Assembly (NCBI GenBank): GCA_963744095.1
Contig: CAVUSH010000003.1
Location: 90,821 to 154,820, forward strand
Direction of reading: 5' to 3'
From: an uncultured Chloroflexia bacterium
Lineage (GTDB): Bacteria; Chloroflexota; Limnocylindria; Limnocylindrales; CSP1-4
Length of the DNA: 64,000 nt
A program made the position numbers and the translations under genes. The notes beneath the pieces were generated by a model. The model ran no database searches and was not told the origin of the DNA. It saw only the letters and a list, made by a program, of their open reading frames with translations. Shown here piece after piece: positions 28,206 to 37,388 of this stretch (positions within the stretch are counted from its first letter, which is position 1; each line of letters begins with the position of its first letter).

Positions 28206-31200
28206 TCAGCCGGCCCTCTGCGAGTCGAGCGCACCGCGGCCATCGTGGCCGGCGCGCGCTCGGTCGGCGATCGAGCGGGCCTCCTCGATCCGAAGGCTCA
28301 CGACCCGGCTGACGGCGTCCTCGCCGACGGTGATCCCGTAGAGCGCGTCCGCCGCCTCGATCGTCCCCCGGTTGTGGGTGATCACGACGAACTGGGTCGT
28401 CTCGGCCAGGCCGCGAAGCGCGTCGACGAAGCGGCCGACGTTCGCCTCGTCGAGAGCGGCGTCCACCTCGTCGAGGACGCAGAAGGGAACGGGACGCACC
28501 TCGAGCATCGCGAAGAGCAGGGCGACGGCCGTGAGGGCCCGCTCGCCGCCGGAGAGCATGGCGAGGGCCTGCGCCTTCTTGCCGGGCGGCCGGGCGACGA
28601 TCTCGATGCCGGTCTGGGCGAGGTCCCCGGGATCGGTAAGGCTGAGCCGGGCGTAGCCGCCCCCGAAGAGCTGCTGGAAGCGCCGGTCGAAGGCCGTCTC
28701 GAGCGCGGCGAACGTGTCCCGGAACCGCCGGGCGATCAGGGCGTCCAGCTCGGCGATCAGGGAGCGCGTCTTCTCGATGGCCCCGACGAGGTCGCCCCGC
28801 TGGGCCTCGAGGCCATCGACGCGGGCGCGAAGCTCCGCGTGCTCCTCCGCGGCGTACGGATTCGCGACCCCAAGCTCGTGGAAGCGTCGTCGCAGGGAGG
28901 CGAGCCGGCCCGGGCCCGGCGGCTCCTCCGCGGACGGGCTCGCCGCCCACCGGGCACCTGCGGCTCCCAGCGCCTCCGCGAGCGCCGCGCCTTCGTCCTC
29001 CAGGTCGCTCGCGCTGGCCGCAGGATCGAGTGCTCGGAGCCCCACGGCCCCGAGCCCGGCAAACTCGACCAGCGCCTGCTCCCGGACGGCGTCGAGCCCG
29101 AGCCGCGCCTCCAGCTCCTGGACCTCGCCGATCCGGTGGGCGTCCTCGGCCCGGCGCAGCGCCTCGCGGGCGCTCGCCACGTCCGCCTCCGCGAGGCGGA
29201 GGCGGACGCGCCCGGCGCTGTCCGCAGCGCGCACGGCATCGAGCGCCGCCCGGGTGACCGACTCGCGGGAGGCAGCCTCGGCGCGCGCCGCGTCGCGTGC
29301 CGCGCGAGCAGCCTCCAACAGGGCATGGCGACCCGCAAGGGACACGGACTCGACGTCGGCCCGCCCGATCCGCTCCTCGGCTGTCTGCGCCGACGCTTCG
29401 GCGCGCGCCCGGCCAGCCTCCGCCGCCCGCCGGTCCGCGTCGTGGACGGCCCGCGCGGCCGACAGCGAATCCCGCCGACCTGCAAGCTCGGCGGCGCGGC
29501 TGTCCCACGCTGCCAGGGCGCCGGCGACGCCCTCCCCGGCCGCCGCGACGTCCTCCGTCAACGGGGGCGGGCCCGTCAGCTCCGGGATCGCCAGCCTCTC
29601 CCGCAGGGGCCGCCGCTCCTCGTCGAGAGCGGCCTCCCGGGCCGCGCCCCAGGCCGCCTCGCGGGCCGCATGCTCGGCGCTCCGACCGGCCTGGCGCTCG
29701 GCCTCGTCCGCGGTGCGACGCCGGCCCGTCGCCTCTGCCTCGGCCCTGCGCGCCGCCTCCACCTCTGCCCGGGCGTGCGCGGCGGCCTCCTCGGCCGCGG
29801 CGACGCGCTCCTCGAGCGCGACAGCCCCGGCCTCGGCCGCCGCGAGATCGAGCACCACGGCGTCGAGCTCCATCCGGTGCGCCAGCGGCGCATCCGGCGC
29901 CCCGAGCACAACGACGCCGTCGGCCCCGGCTAGCCCCCCGTCGCGCGCGACGATGCGCCATCCGGCCGGCAACGACCCGGCGAGGTCCACGGCGTCGGCC
30001 AGCGATGGAGCCCAGGCCCATCGCGCCAGCAGCCGCAGGACCACTCCCGTGGGGTCGGCTCGGATGCCATCCGCAAGCAGGCCCCCACCACGGCCCGCCG
30101 CGCCGCTCCGGGCTTGTTCCACCTCGCCACTATCGGGCGCCCGCGTCCCGGCCCCGCTGGCGTCGCCGAGGACGACCACGCCCTGCTCGCCGGCGAGCCG
30201 AGCCAGCGCGGCCCGGGGGACGACGAAGCTCCTCCCGAGCTCACCGAGCGCCGCCGCCACGACGGAGCGCAGGGCAGGTTCCACGTCCAGGTCGCCCGCG
30301 ACGGCGCGGCCGCCTGCTCGCCGCGCCGCGGGCGCGATCCCGCGCCCCTGTTCGGACGCCAGCCGCGCGCGCATCGTCTCCGCGCGGCCACGCAACGTGG
30401 CGACGCGGGCCCGCGCCGCGGCCGCCGCGTCCGCAGCGGAGTGGTGGGCCGCCTCCGCGTCCACGAGCGCCAGGCGCGCCGCCTCGCGCCGCCCGCGGGC
30501 GGCGTCCTCGGCGGCATGGACGTCGCGAACGGCCCCGCGCGCCTGCTCCAGCGCTGCACTCGCGACGGCTGCCCGGGCCCGGGCGGCGGCCGTCGCCTCC
30601 CGCGCCTCTGCGTGCGCCTCGTCGGCTGCAGTCAGGCGGCGCCGGAGTCCCGCACGCTCATCGGCGCGGGCGGCCGCGGCCCGCCGCAGCGCTGCCTCCG
30701 CTTCGGAACGGCGGGCCGTCGCGGCGCGCAGGGCACCAGCCTCCGCGCGGGCCTCGGCGAGGGCCCGGTCGACCTCTGCGAGCTCTCGTTCCACGGCGGA
30801 GTCGAGGGCCGGAATCGGGAGCGCCAGCTGGCGGCGCCGCTCGGCCAGCTCGGCTTCCGCGGCCGCCCGCTCGGATGCCAGGCGGTCGCGATCGCGGTCG
30901 ATCGAGGCGGCCTCCGCCACCGCCGCAGCCGCCTCGAGGTCGAGCATCGAGAGGGCCTCGCGCGCGGCCTCGTGGGAGGCCCGACGATCGGACTCGACGG
31001 CCACGTGCGCCGCCAGCTCATCGGCCGCGGCCGCGGCGCCGTTCTCGGCCGCCTGGAGGGTGTCGAGCGCCGCGGCCGCCACCCGCCGCGCCCCGGCGAG
31101 CCGTTCTGCAGCGCGGCGCGCACCTCCTGCCGCGGCCTGCCAGCGGGCGCTGAAGGCGGCGACCAGCGCGGCGGCCAGCTCGTCGCCGGCACGCGAGCGG

Positions 31201-31850
31201 GAGGCCTGCTGCTCGGCCTGCGCGGCGAGCCGGCGGACCTGGGGGCGCAGCTCGGCCAGGATGTCCTCGACGCGGGCAAGGTTCGCGGATGCCTCCTCGA
31301 GCTGACCCTCCGCGCGTCGTCGTCGCCGTTCGTGCCGGCGCACGCCGGCGACCTCCTCGAAGAGCGGGCGACGCTCCTCGGGTCGGAGGGCGAGCGCCTG
31401 GTCCACCATTCCCTGGCCGATGAACAGAAAGGCGTTGTCCGCGAGGTGCGCCGCGTCGAGCAGCTCCACCAGGTCCTTCAGGCGGACACGCTGGCGATTG
31501 ACGAGGTAGTCGTTCTCCCCGGATCGGTAGAGCCGGCGGCCGATCTCGAGGACGGCGAAGTCGACGGGCACGAGGCCGTCCGCGTTGTCGAGCACCAGGG
31601 TGACGTCGGCCATCCCGAGCGCCGCCCTCCGCTCGGATCCCGCGAACACGACGTCCTCCGCGCGACGCGAGCGGAGCGCCCGACCCTGCTCGCCGAGGGC
31701 CCAGCGCAAGGCGTCCGCAAGGTTGCTCTTGCCCGAGCCGTTGGGCCCGACAACGGCGTTGATCCCCGGGACGAACTCGACGGTCGTCCGCTCGGCGAAG
31801 GACTTGAACCCCTGCAGCCGCAGAGCCTGGAGCCGGGCGGGCCCGCTCAC
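28206..31850 (-). CDS. smc: chromosome partition protein Smc
   Basis: 1214 aa with N-terminal Walker [10 protein letters not shown], long Ala/Arg-rich coiled coils, a hinge, and C-terminal [16 protein letters not shown]...[10 protein letters not shown]. Confidence 0.9.
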   Translation of the reverse strand: MSGPARLQALRLQGFKSFAERTTVEFVPGINAVVGPNGSGKSNLADALRWALGEQGRALRSRRAEDVVFAGSERRAALGMADVTLVLDNADGLVPVDFAVLEIGRRLYRSGENDYLVNRQRVRLKDLVELLDAAHLADNAFLFIGQGMVDQALALRPEERRPLFEEVAGVRRHERRRRRAEGQLEEASANLARVEDILAELRPQVRRLAAQAEQQASRSRAGDELAAALVAAFSARWQAAAGGARRAAERLAGARRVAAAALDTLQAAENGAAAAADELAAHVAVESDRRASHEAAREALSMLDLEAAAAVAEAASIDRDRDRLASERAAAEAELAERRRQLALPIPALDSAVERELAEVDRALAEARAEAGALRAATARRSEAEAALRRAAAARADERAGLRRRLTAADEAHAEAREATAAARARAAVASAALEQARGAVRDVHAAEDAARGRREAARLALVDAEAAHHSAADAAAAARARVATLRGRAETMRARLASEQGRGIAPAARRAGGRAVAGDLDVEPALRSVVAAALGELGRSFVVPRAALARLAGEQGVVVLGDASGAGTRAPDSGEVEQARSGAAGRGGGLLADGIRADPTGVVLRLLARWAWAPSLADAVDLAGSLPAGWRIVARDGGLAGADGVVVLGAPDAPLAHRMELDAVVLDLAAAEAGAVALEERVAAAEEAAAHARAEVEAARRAEAEATGRRRTADEAERQAGRSAEHAAREAAWGAAREAALDEERRPLRERLAIPELTGPPPLTEDVAAAGEGVAGALAAWDSRAAELAGRRDSLSAARAVHDADRRAAEAGRARAEASAQTAEERIGRADVESVSLAGRHALLEAARAARDAARAEAASRESVTRAALDAVRAADSAGRVRLRLAEADVASAREALRRAEDAHRIGEVQELEARLGLDAVREQALVEFAGLGAVGLRALDPAASASDLEDEGAALAEALGAAGARWAASPSAEEPPGPGRLASLRRRFHELGVANPYAAEEHAELRARVDGLEAQRGDLVGAIEKTRSLIAELDALIARRFRDTFAALETAFDRRFQQLFGGGYARLSLTDPGDLAQTGIEIVARPPGKKAQALAMLSGGERALTAVALLFAMLEVRPVPFCVLDEVDAALDEANVGRFVDALRGLAETTQFVVITHNRGTIEAADALYGITVGEDAVSRVVSLRIEEARSIADRARAGHDGRGALDSQRAG

Positions 31851-32671
31851 CGGGCAGCATCCGGGCCGTCTGCCGGATCGGGGGTCGAAGGACCCGGGGC
31901 CTCCGCCGCGCTGCTCGCGCCCCCTGGATCCTGGCGCCGCTCGGCCGCCAGGGTCTCGAGGGCGGCCGTCGCGGCCGCCGTCTCGGCGCTGCGCCGGGAG
32001 CCGCCGCTGCCCGTGCCCGCGATCCGACCGCCGACCGCCACCTCGACGACGAACCGCTTCTCGTGCTCGGGGCCGGTGACCCCGGCGAGGCGGTAGTCGG
32101 GCCGCTCTCCCGAGCTGCGCTGGGTCAGCTCCTGGAGGCGGCTCTTGGGACTCTTCAGCGACCCGGGCGGGGCGTCCGCCGCAAGCTCGGGCGCCGCGAG
32201 CGCGCAGAGCCAGGTGCGGGCCGCTTCCCAGCCCTGGTCGAGGAAGATCGCGGCCGCCACCGCTTCGAGGGCCGACGCCAGCAGGATGGGCCGGGCGCGG
32301 CCGCCGCGGTGGGCCTCACCCTCGCCCAGGAGGAGGTAGTCGCCGAGGTTGATCCGCCGGGCAAGGCGAGCCAGGCCGCTCGTGCTCACGATCGCGGCCC
32401 TGCGCGCGGAGAGGATCCCTTCGTCGTCGTCGGGACGGCGGCCGTGGAGCGCCTCGGAGATGACGAGGCTGACCACGGCGTCGCCGAGGAACTCGAGGCG
32501 CTCGTTGTGGCCGATCGCGTCATCCGGGTGCTCGTGCTGCCACGAACCGTGGACGAGCGCGCGGGCCAGGAGCGAAGGATCGCGAAACCGGAGCCCGAGC
32601 CGCTCAGCAGCCTCGGGCGCGTGACGCGGCGTGACAGCGTCCTCCCCCGGCCGTGACCGGGGCGCCGTCAG
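31847..32671 (-). CDS. rnc: ribonuclease III; start codon uncertain
   Basis: Catalytic signature [22 protein letters not shown] plus a dsRBD. The signature lies upstream of the first GTG (32476), and no ATG/GTG/TTG occurs in frame before it. A CTG at 32671 overlaps the acpP stop (CTGA). Confidence 0.75.
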   Translation of the reverse strand: MTAPRSRPGEDAVTPRHAPEAAERLGLRFRDPSLLARALVHGSWQHEHPDDAIGHNERLEFLGDAVVSLVISEALHGRRPDDDEGILSARRAAIVSTSGLARLARRINLGDYLLLGEGEAHRGGRARPILLASALEAVAAAIFLDQGWEAARTWLCALAAPELAADAPPGSLKSPKSRLQELTQRSSGERPDYRLAGVTGPEHEKRFVVEVAVGGRIAGTGSGGSRRSAETAAATAALETLAAERRQDPGGASSAAEAPGPSTPDPADGPDAAR

Positions 32672-32904
32672 CTCGCGTGCTCGTCGATGTAGTCGGCGGC
32701 GTCCTGGACGGTGCGGATCTTCTCGGCTTCTTCGTCCGAGATCTCCATTCCGAACTCTTCCTCGAGGCTCATGATGAGCTCGACGAGGTCGAGCGAATCG
32801 GCATTGAGATCATCGACGAACGAGGCCTCGGGGTTCACCTCGGCCTCATCGACGCCGAGCTGCTCGACGACGATCTTCTTCAGCCGCTCGTACGTGGTCG
32901 CCAC
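32668..32904 (-). CDS. acpP: acyl carrier protein
   Basis: 78 aa with the [21 protein letters not shown] phosphopantetheine-attachment motif. Confidence 0.9.
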   Translation of the reverse strand: MATTYERLKKIVVEQLGVDEAEVNPEASFVDDLNADSLDLVELIMSLEEEFGMEISDEEAEKIRTVQDAADYIDEHAS

Positions 32905-32925
32905 TGGCTCCTTCCTCCCTGGGTG

Positions 32926-33426
32926 TCACTGCTGCGCGTCGGGGACTGCTGTGCTGCGCGGTCCCGGTTGAGACTCCAGCACCTCGGCCGCAACGTCCCT
33001 GGCCACGCGACCGAGGACCCCGTTGACAAGGCGCCTGGCGGGGTCCCCTCCGTAGACCCGCGCGAGCTCGACCCACTCGGCGATCGCCACCCGGGCCGGC
33101 GTCGCGGGCGAGTGTAGCACCTCGCAGATGCCCGCACGGAGGAGAACGCGGTCCATCCGGGCGAGGGTGGCCACGGGGTATTGGGGCGCCGCCGCTTCGA
33201 TGCGGGCGTCGATCGGCTCGCGGTTGGCGACCGCCGCGTCCACGAGGAGGCGGGCGTGGCGGGCCGTCTCCGGGTCTCCCTCGGTCTCCGCGAGGTGGCG
33301 CTCCAGCACGACCGGCGCCGTCCTCTGGCCGAACTCCGCCTCGAAGAGCGCCGCCAGCGCGAGGCGCCGAGCCGCCCGGCGCGAACGGACGAGGTCGCCG
33401 CCGGACCGGACGGGCCGTCCGCTCAC
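32926..33426 (-). CDS. nusB: transcription antitermination factor NusB
   Basis: SRRAARRLALAALFEAEF...AIAEWVELARVYG motifs. The start is approximate (GTG ~33426, 5 nt after the asp23 stop). Upstream residues of ORF 32926..33609 are out of frame. Confidence 0.75.
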   Translation of the reverse strand: MSGRPVRSGGDLVRSRRAARRLALAALFEAEFGQRTAPVVLERHLAETEGDPETARHARLLVDAAVANREPIDARIEAAAPQYPVATLARMDRVLLRAGICEVLHSPATPARVAIAEWVELARVYGGDPARRLVNGVLGRVARDVAAEVLESQPGPRSTAVPDAQQ

Positions 33427-33430
33427 GGGC

Positions 33431-33745
33431 TCAGCCGCCGATTCCGTCGATCCGGACCGTGACCTCGCCGATCTCGAGGCCCAGGAGGCGCTCGACGGCA
33501 GCGGCCACGGCGGACCGGACGTCGGCGGCGAGCGCCTCGAGCGGCTGACCGGGCCGGGCGATGACGACCACCCGGGCCTCCACGATCCCGCCCCGAACCC
33601 GGACCGCAATGGGCCGCCCCGCGAAGAGTCGACGCCACGGCGGGCTCGCCCAGCCGACGCGGAGGACGCCGGGGACCTCGATCGCCGCGAGGCCGACGAG
33701 ATCGCGGACCACGGTCCGGCTCACGGCCAGCCCGGATTCGTTCAT
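33431..33745 (-). CDS. Asp23/Gls24 family (alkaline shock protein-like) protein
   Basis: 104 aa from MNESGLAVSRTVVRDLVGLAAIEVPGV. This is the first of two Asp23 paralogues in the window. Confidence 0.75.
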   Translation of the reverse strand: MNESGLAVSRTVVRDLVGLAAIEVPGVLRVGWASPPWRRLFAGRPIAVRVRGGIVEARVVVIARPGQPLEALAADVRSAVAAAVERLLGLEIGEVTVRIDGIGG

Positions 33746-34818
33746 CCTTCCGGCTCCGGAGCCGCCGGGGTGCCGTCGTCGGGCCCTCCGGTCGGGGGGC
33801 GAAAGGCATCGCCGATCAGCTCGGGGACCCGGGCCCGGGCGGCCGCCGCGCCGACGCCGATGGCGTGCTTCACCATCCGCCGCTTCGCCCGGCCGTGGGT
33901 GATGACGACCATGCCCCGGACTCCCAGCAGCGGCGACCCGCCGAGGACCTCGTAGTCGAAGGTCCGGCGGATCCGCCCGATCCCGGGACGCATGAGGAGG
34001 TAGGCGATCCGGCCGCGCAGGGAGCCGCGGAACTCCTTGGCCCACAGGTCGAAGATGAACCCCGCGAGCCCCTCGAAGAACTTGATGGTGACGTTGCCGA
34101 GGACGGCGTCGCAGACCACGACGTCCGCGGGGTGATGGACCAGGTCCTTGCCCTCCACGTTCCCCGTGAAGTTGAGGTCGGACGCATCGAGAAGCTCGGT
34201 CGCCCGCTGGATGCGGGCGTCGCCCTTGCCCTTCTCCTCGCCGATCGAGAGGAGCGCGACGCGGGGCCGTTCGATGCCGAGGGCGCGCTCGGCGAACAGG
34301 GCTCCCATGTGGGCGTACTGGGCGAGGTTCTCCGGGGTCGAGTCGGGGTTCGCCCCGATGTCGAGGAGCACGAGCGGTCCCGTGTCGGTGAGCATCTGGA
34401 TCGCCAGGGCGGGGCGATCCACGCCGCGGGTGCGGCCCAGGCGCAGGACGGCGGCCGCCATCGCGGCGCCGGTGTGCCCCGCGGTGATCACGGCGTCGGC
34501 CCGACCGTGCTTCACGAGGTCGCAGGCGACGAGGATGGAGGCGTCCCTCTTCTCGCGGAGCGCGAGGGCCGGGTGCTCGTGCATCTCGATGACCTGGCTG
34601 GCGGCCTCGATGGTCACGTTGGGCGGGAGGGCGGCTCCGACGACGGTGGCGATCCGCGCCGGCGCCCCCACGAGGACTACCTCGTCGTCGGGGTTCTCCG
34701 CAGCGTACAGAAGCGCCCCGGCCACGACCTCGTCCGGGGCGTGGTCACCGCCCATCGCGTCGACCGCCAGGCGGACCCGGCGGCCGTGCCCGATGCCCCG
34801 AACGGTCGCGAGGTCCAT
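33742..34818 (-). CDS. plsX: phosphate acyltransferase PlsX
   Basis: RLAVDAMGGDHAP...ITAGHTGAAMA motifs. Confidence 0.9.
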   Translation of the reverse strand: MDLATVRGIGHGRRVRLAVDAMGGDHAPDEVVAGALLYAAENPDDEVVLVGAPARIATVVGAALPPNVTIEAASQVIEMHEHPALALREKRDASILVACDLVKHGRADAVITAGHTGAAMAAAVLRLGRTRGVDRPALAIQMLTDTGPLVLLDIGANPDSTPENLAQYAHMGALFAERALGIERPRVALLSIGEEKGKGDARIQRATELLDASDLNFTGNVEGKDLVHHPADVVVCDAVLGNVTIKFFEGLAGFIFDLWAKEFRGSLRGRIAYLLMRPGIGRIRRTFDYEVLGGSPLLGVRGMVVITHGRAKRRMVKHAIGVGAAAARARVPELIGDAFRPPTGGPDDGTPAAPEPEG

Positions 34819-34855
34819 GAAGGGCGGCGGCTGGCGGCAGCGGCGCGGGCGGCGG

Positions 34856-35056
34856 TCAGGAGGCCGCCTCGCTGCCCTTCTTCTTGAGCTCGACGGCCTG
34901 CCGACCGTTGTAGTAGCCGCAGCTCGGGCAGACGTGGTGCGAGCGCTTCATGGCGTGGCAGTGGCTGCACTCGACCAGGCTTGGCAGGCTCAGGGCGAGA
35001 TGCGAGCGCCGCTCGCCCTGCCGGGCGTGCGAGACCTTCCGCTTCGGGAGACCCAT
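34856..35056 (-). CDS. rpmF: 50S ribosomal protein L32
   Basis: MGLPKRKVSHARQGERRSH...CSHCHAMKRSHHVCPSCGYY, 66 aa. Confidence 0.9.
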   Translation of the reverse strand: MGLPKRKVSHARQGERRSHLALSLPSLVECSHCHAMKRSHHVCPSCGYYNGRQAVELKKKGSEAAS

Positions 35057-35179
35057 CGGGGTTGCTGCTCCTGTCGTGTGCCGGGCGGTGCGGCGCGGGC
35101 GCGCGGGACCGCGATCGTGCATTCATGGGGCGTCGCGGCGCGCCGGCGCCGTCGGGCCGAAGCCGGAGTGTAGCCGGTT

Positions 35180-35734
35180 TCAGCCGTCGTCGTCGATCCG
35201 CAGCTCGCGAAGGATGGACAGCCGCGGATCGTCCGCCACGTCACCGTGATCGTGCGGCCCCACGTTGAGGTCGCCGCCGCACTCGGGGCAGAGTCCCCGG
35301 CAGTCCGGCCGGCACACCGGCGCGATGGGCGCCGCGAGCTGGATCGCCTCGCGGGCGAGCGGCTCCAGGTCCAGCTCGTGGTGGTCGGTGAGGCGGAACA
35401 CCTCCGGCTCGGCGGTCGTGTCGAGCCGCAGCCCGGACTGCAGGTCGAGGAGGGGCAGGACCTCCTCCTCGATCGGGGCGTCGATGGAGATCCGCAACGG
35501 CGCGAGGCAGCGGCCGCACGTGTCCGCCAGGTCGGTCCGCACGCGGCCCGCGACGACGACGCCCCGGTTCGTCCGGGCGACCCGGACGCGGACGACCACG
35601 GGCGCGGCATGGGCGAGGTCGTCGCCGAGCTCGAGCTGGGCGACGTCAACGACCACGTCACGATGCGAGCCGGGTGGCTCGCCCAGGAGCCCGGCCACGT
35701 TGAGGACGAGGGCGTCACCCGGGACGGTGGTCAT
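35180..35734 (-). CDS. yceD: YceD/DUF177 family protein (large-subunit rRNA accumulation protein)
   Basis: C-terminal CxxC...CxxC pattern (CRPDCRGLCPECG), lying immediately upstream of rpmF. Confidence 0.8.
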   Translation of the reverse strand: MTTVPGDALVLNVAGLLGEPPGSHRDVVVDVAQLELGDDLAHAAPVVVRVRVARTNRGVVVAGRVRTDLADTCGRCLAPLRISIDAPIEEEVLPLLDLQSGLRLDTTAEPEVFRLTDHHELDLEPLAREAIQLAAPIAPVCRPDCRGLCPECGGDLNVGPHDHGDVADDPRLSILRELRIDDDG

Positions 35735-36225
35735 CCCGCGGCGGGCGCGGCCGGCTCCTCCGTCACCTCCCCGGCCGCGGCGGAAGCATCGTCGCGGACG
35801 CCCAGGGCGTCGATCCCCCGCTCGATCTGTCCGAGCACGCGCGAGACCTCGCCTTCGAGTCGGACGAGGACGTCCGCGGCATAGTCGTCGGCGCCGCGGC
35901 GGGTGTCGTCGGCCTCGGCCCCCGCCTCGGCGATGAGCCGCCGGCTCTCGGCCTCGGCCGCCTCGGTCAGGCCCTGCTCGTCGATGAGCTGCGCTGCCTG
36001 CTCGCGGGCCCGGACGACGACCCGCTCGGCCTCCTGGTTCGCCCGCTCGAGGATGCGTTCACCCTCGGCGTTGATCCGGCGCGCCGATTGCACCTCCTCG
36101 GGGATCGCGTGCCGGAGCTCGTCGATGAGCTCGAGCGCCGCGGCCTGGTCGATGACGACGCTGGACGTCAACGGCAGCTTCTTGCCGTTCGCGAGCATCC
36201 CCTCGAGACGCTCGACGAAGAACAT
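35731..36225 (-). CDS. hypothetical coiled-coil protein (ATP-synthase-b/DivIVA-like helical), 164 aa
   Basis: MFFVERLEGMLANGKKLPLTSSVVIDQAAALELIDELRHAIPEEVQ, followed by a charged helical region. The ATG at 36225 has a GGAGGG SD. TATAAT at 36280-36275 overlaps the coaD stop. Confidence 0.6.
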   Translation of the reverse strand: MFFVERLEGMLANGKKLPLTSSVVIDQAAALELIDELRHAIPEEVQSARRINAEGERILERANQEAERVVVRAREQAAQLIDEQGLTEAAEAESRRLIAEAGAEADDTRRGADDYAADVLVRLEGEVSRVLGQIERGIDALGVRDDASAAAGEVTEEPAAPAAG

Positions 36226-36275
36226 GATGTCGATGGGACGGCCCTCCTCGGCGCCCGGGGCGATGATGCGAGGGA

Positions 36276-36782
36276 TTATAGCCGCGGGCTCTCCTCCCCC
36301 GACGCGCGAAGGCGAGCGGCCACGCCGGCCGGGACCATGGCCGACACGTCCCCACCGAACCGGGCGATCTCCTTCACGAGGCTGGACGAGAGGTACCCGT
36401 ACTCGAGGGCGGTCATGAAGAAGACGGTATCGATCTCGGGAGCCAGGCGGTGGTTCATGTGGGCCATCTGCAGCTCGGCCTCGAAGTCGGAGACCGCCCG
36501 CAGCCCCCGCACGATGTGGCGGGCCTCCGCCGCCCGACAGGCGTCGACGGTGAGCCCGTCGAAGACCCGCACCTCGATCCGCCCGGCGAGGTCGGGAAGG
36601 GCCTCCGCCACCGCCTCGCGGATCGCGGTCACGCGGCCGTCCGCCTCGCCGGTGGGCGCCTTGCGCGGATTGACGAGGACGGCCACGACCACCCGGTCGA
36701 AGACGCCGGCGGCGCGGCGCAGGACGTCGACGTGCCCGAGGGTGATCGGGTCGAACGATCCGGGGTAGACCGCGGTGCGCAT
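36276..36782 (-). CDS. coaD: phosphopantetheine adenylyltransferase
   Basis: AVYPGSFDPITLGHVDV...SSSLVKE motifs. Confidence 0.9.
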   Translation of the reverse strand: MRTAVYPGSFDPITLGHVDVLRRAAGVFDRVVVAVLVNPRKAPTGEADGRVTAIREAVAEALPDLAGRIEVRVFDGLTVDACRAAEARHIVRGLRAVSDFEAELQMAHMNHRLAPEIDTVFFMTALEYGYLSSSLVKEIARFGGDVSAMVPAGVAARLRASGEESPRL

Positions 36783-36793
36783 CCCGTCTCCGA

Positions 36794-37384
36794 TCAGTCC
36801 GCGGCCGCGACCCCACCCGGGTCCCGGCGGTAGAGGGTGATCGCGGTTTCTCCGAAGCGGCGGACCCGCACGGATCGTAGCAGCCCCACCTCGTCCGGCG
36901 GCGGCTCGCGCCAGTAGGCGGTCACGACGACGGTCGCGCCCGCCCGCAGGGGCCCGTCCGGGGCGGCGAGGATCGCCAGGATGGCATCGCGGAGGGGGGT
37001 CTCGGCGTACGGGGGGTCAACGATCGCGAGGTCGAATTGCTGGCCGCGCAGGGCCGGGCCGCGCAGTGCGGCCACGGCGTCGCGGTGCACAACGACCGCC
37101 GCAGCGGCGAGGCCCGTCCGCCGCAGGTTCTCGCGGATGACGCCGACGGCGCCCGCGTCGCGCTCCACGAGGACCGCCCGGGCAGCGCCGCGCGAGAGCG
37201 CCTCGATGGCGGCCGCGCCCGAGCCGGCGCAGAGGTCCAGCACCGCCGCCCCGGAAAGCAGCGGTTCGAGGGAGCCGAAGACCGCCTGCTTGACGCGGTC
37301 GGCGAGCGGCCGCGTGCCCGGTCCGGCCGCGGCCAGCTGGATCCCGCCGGCGCTGCCCGCCACGACCCTCCCCGAGCCGGCCAT
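36794..37384 (-). CDS. rsmD: 16S rRNA (guanine966-N2)-methyltransferase RsmD
   Basis: LDLCAGSGAAAIEALSRGA...AIVDPPY motifs. ATG at 37384. Confidence 0.85.
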   Translation of the reverse strand: MAGSGRVVAGSAGGIQLAAAGPGTRPLADRVKQAVFGSLEPLLSGAAVLDLCAGSGAAAIEALSRGAARAVLVERDAGAVGVIRENLRRTGLAAAAVVVHRDAVAALRGPALRGQQFDLAIVDPPYAETPLRDAILAILAAPDGPLRAGATVVVTAYWREPPPDEVGLLRSVRVRRFGETAITLYRRDPGGVAAAD

Positions 37385-37388
37385 CGGG

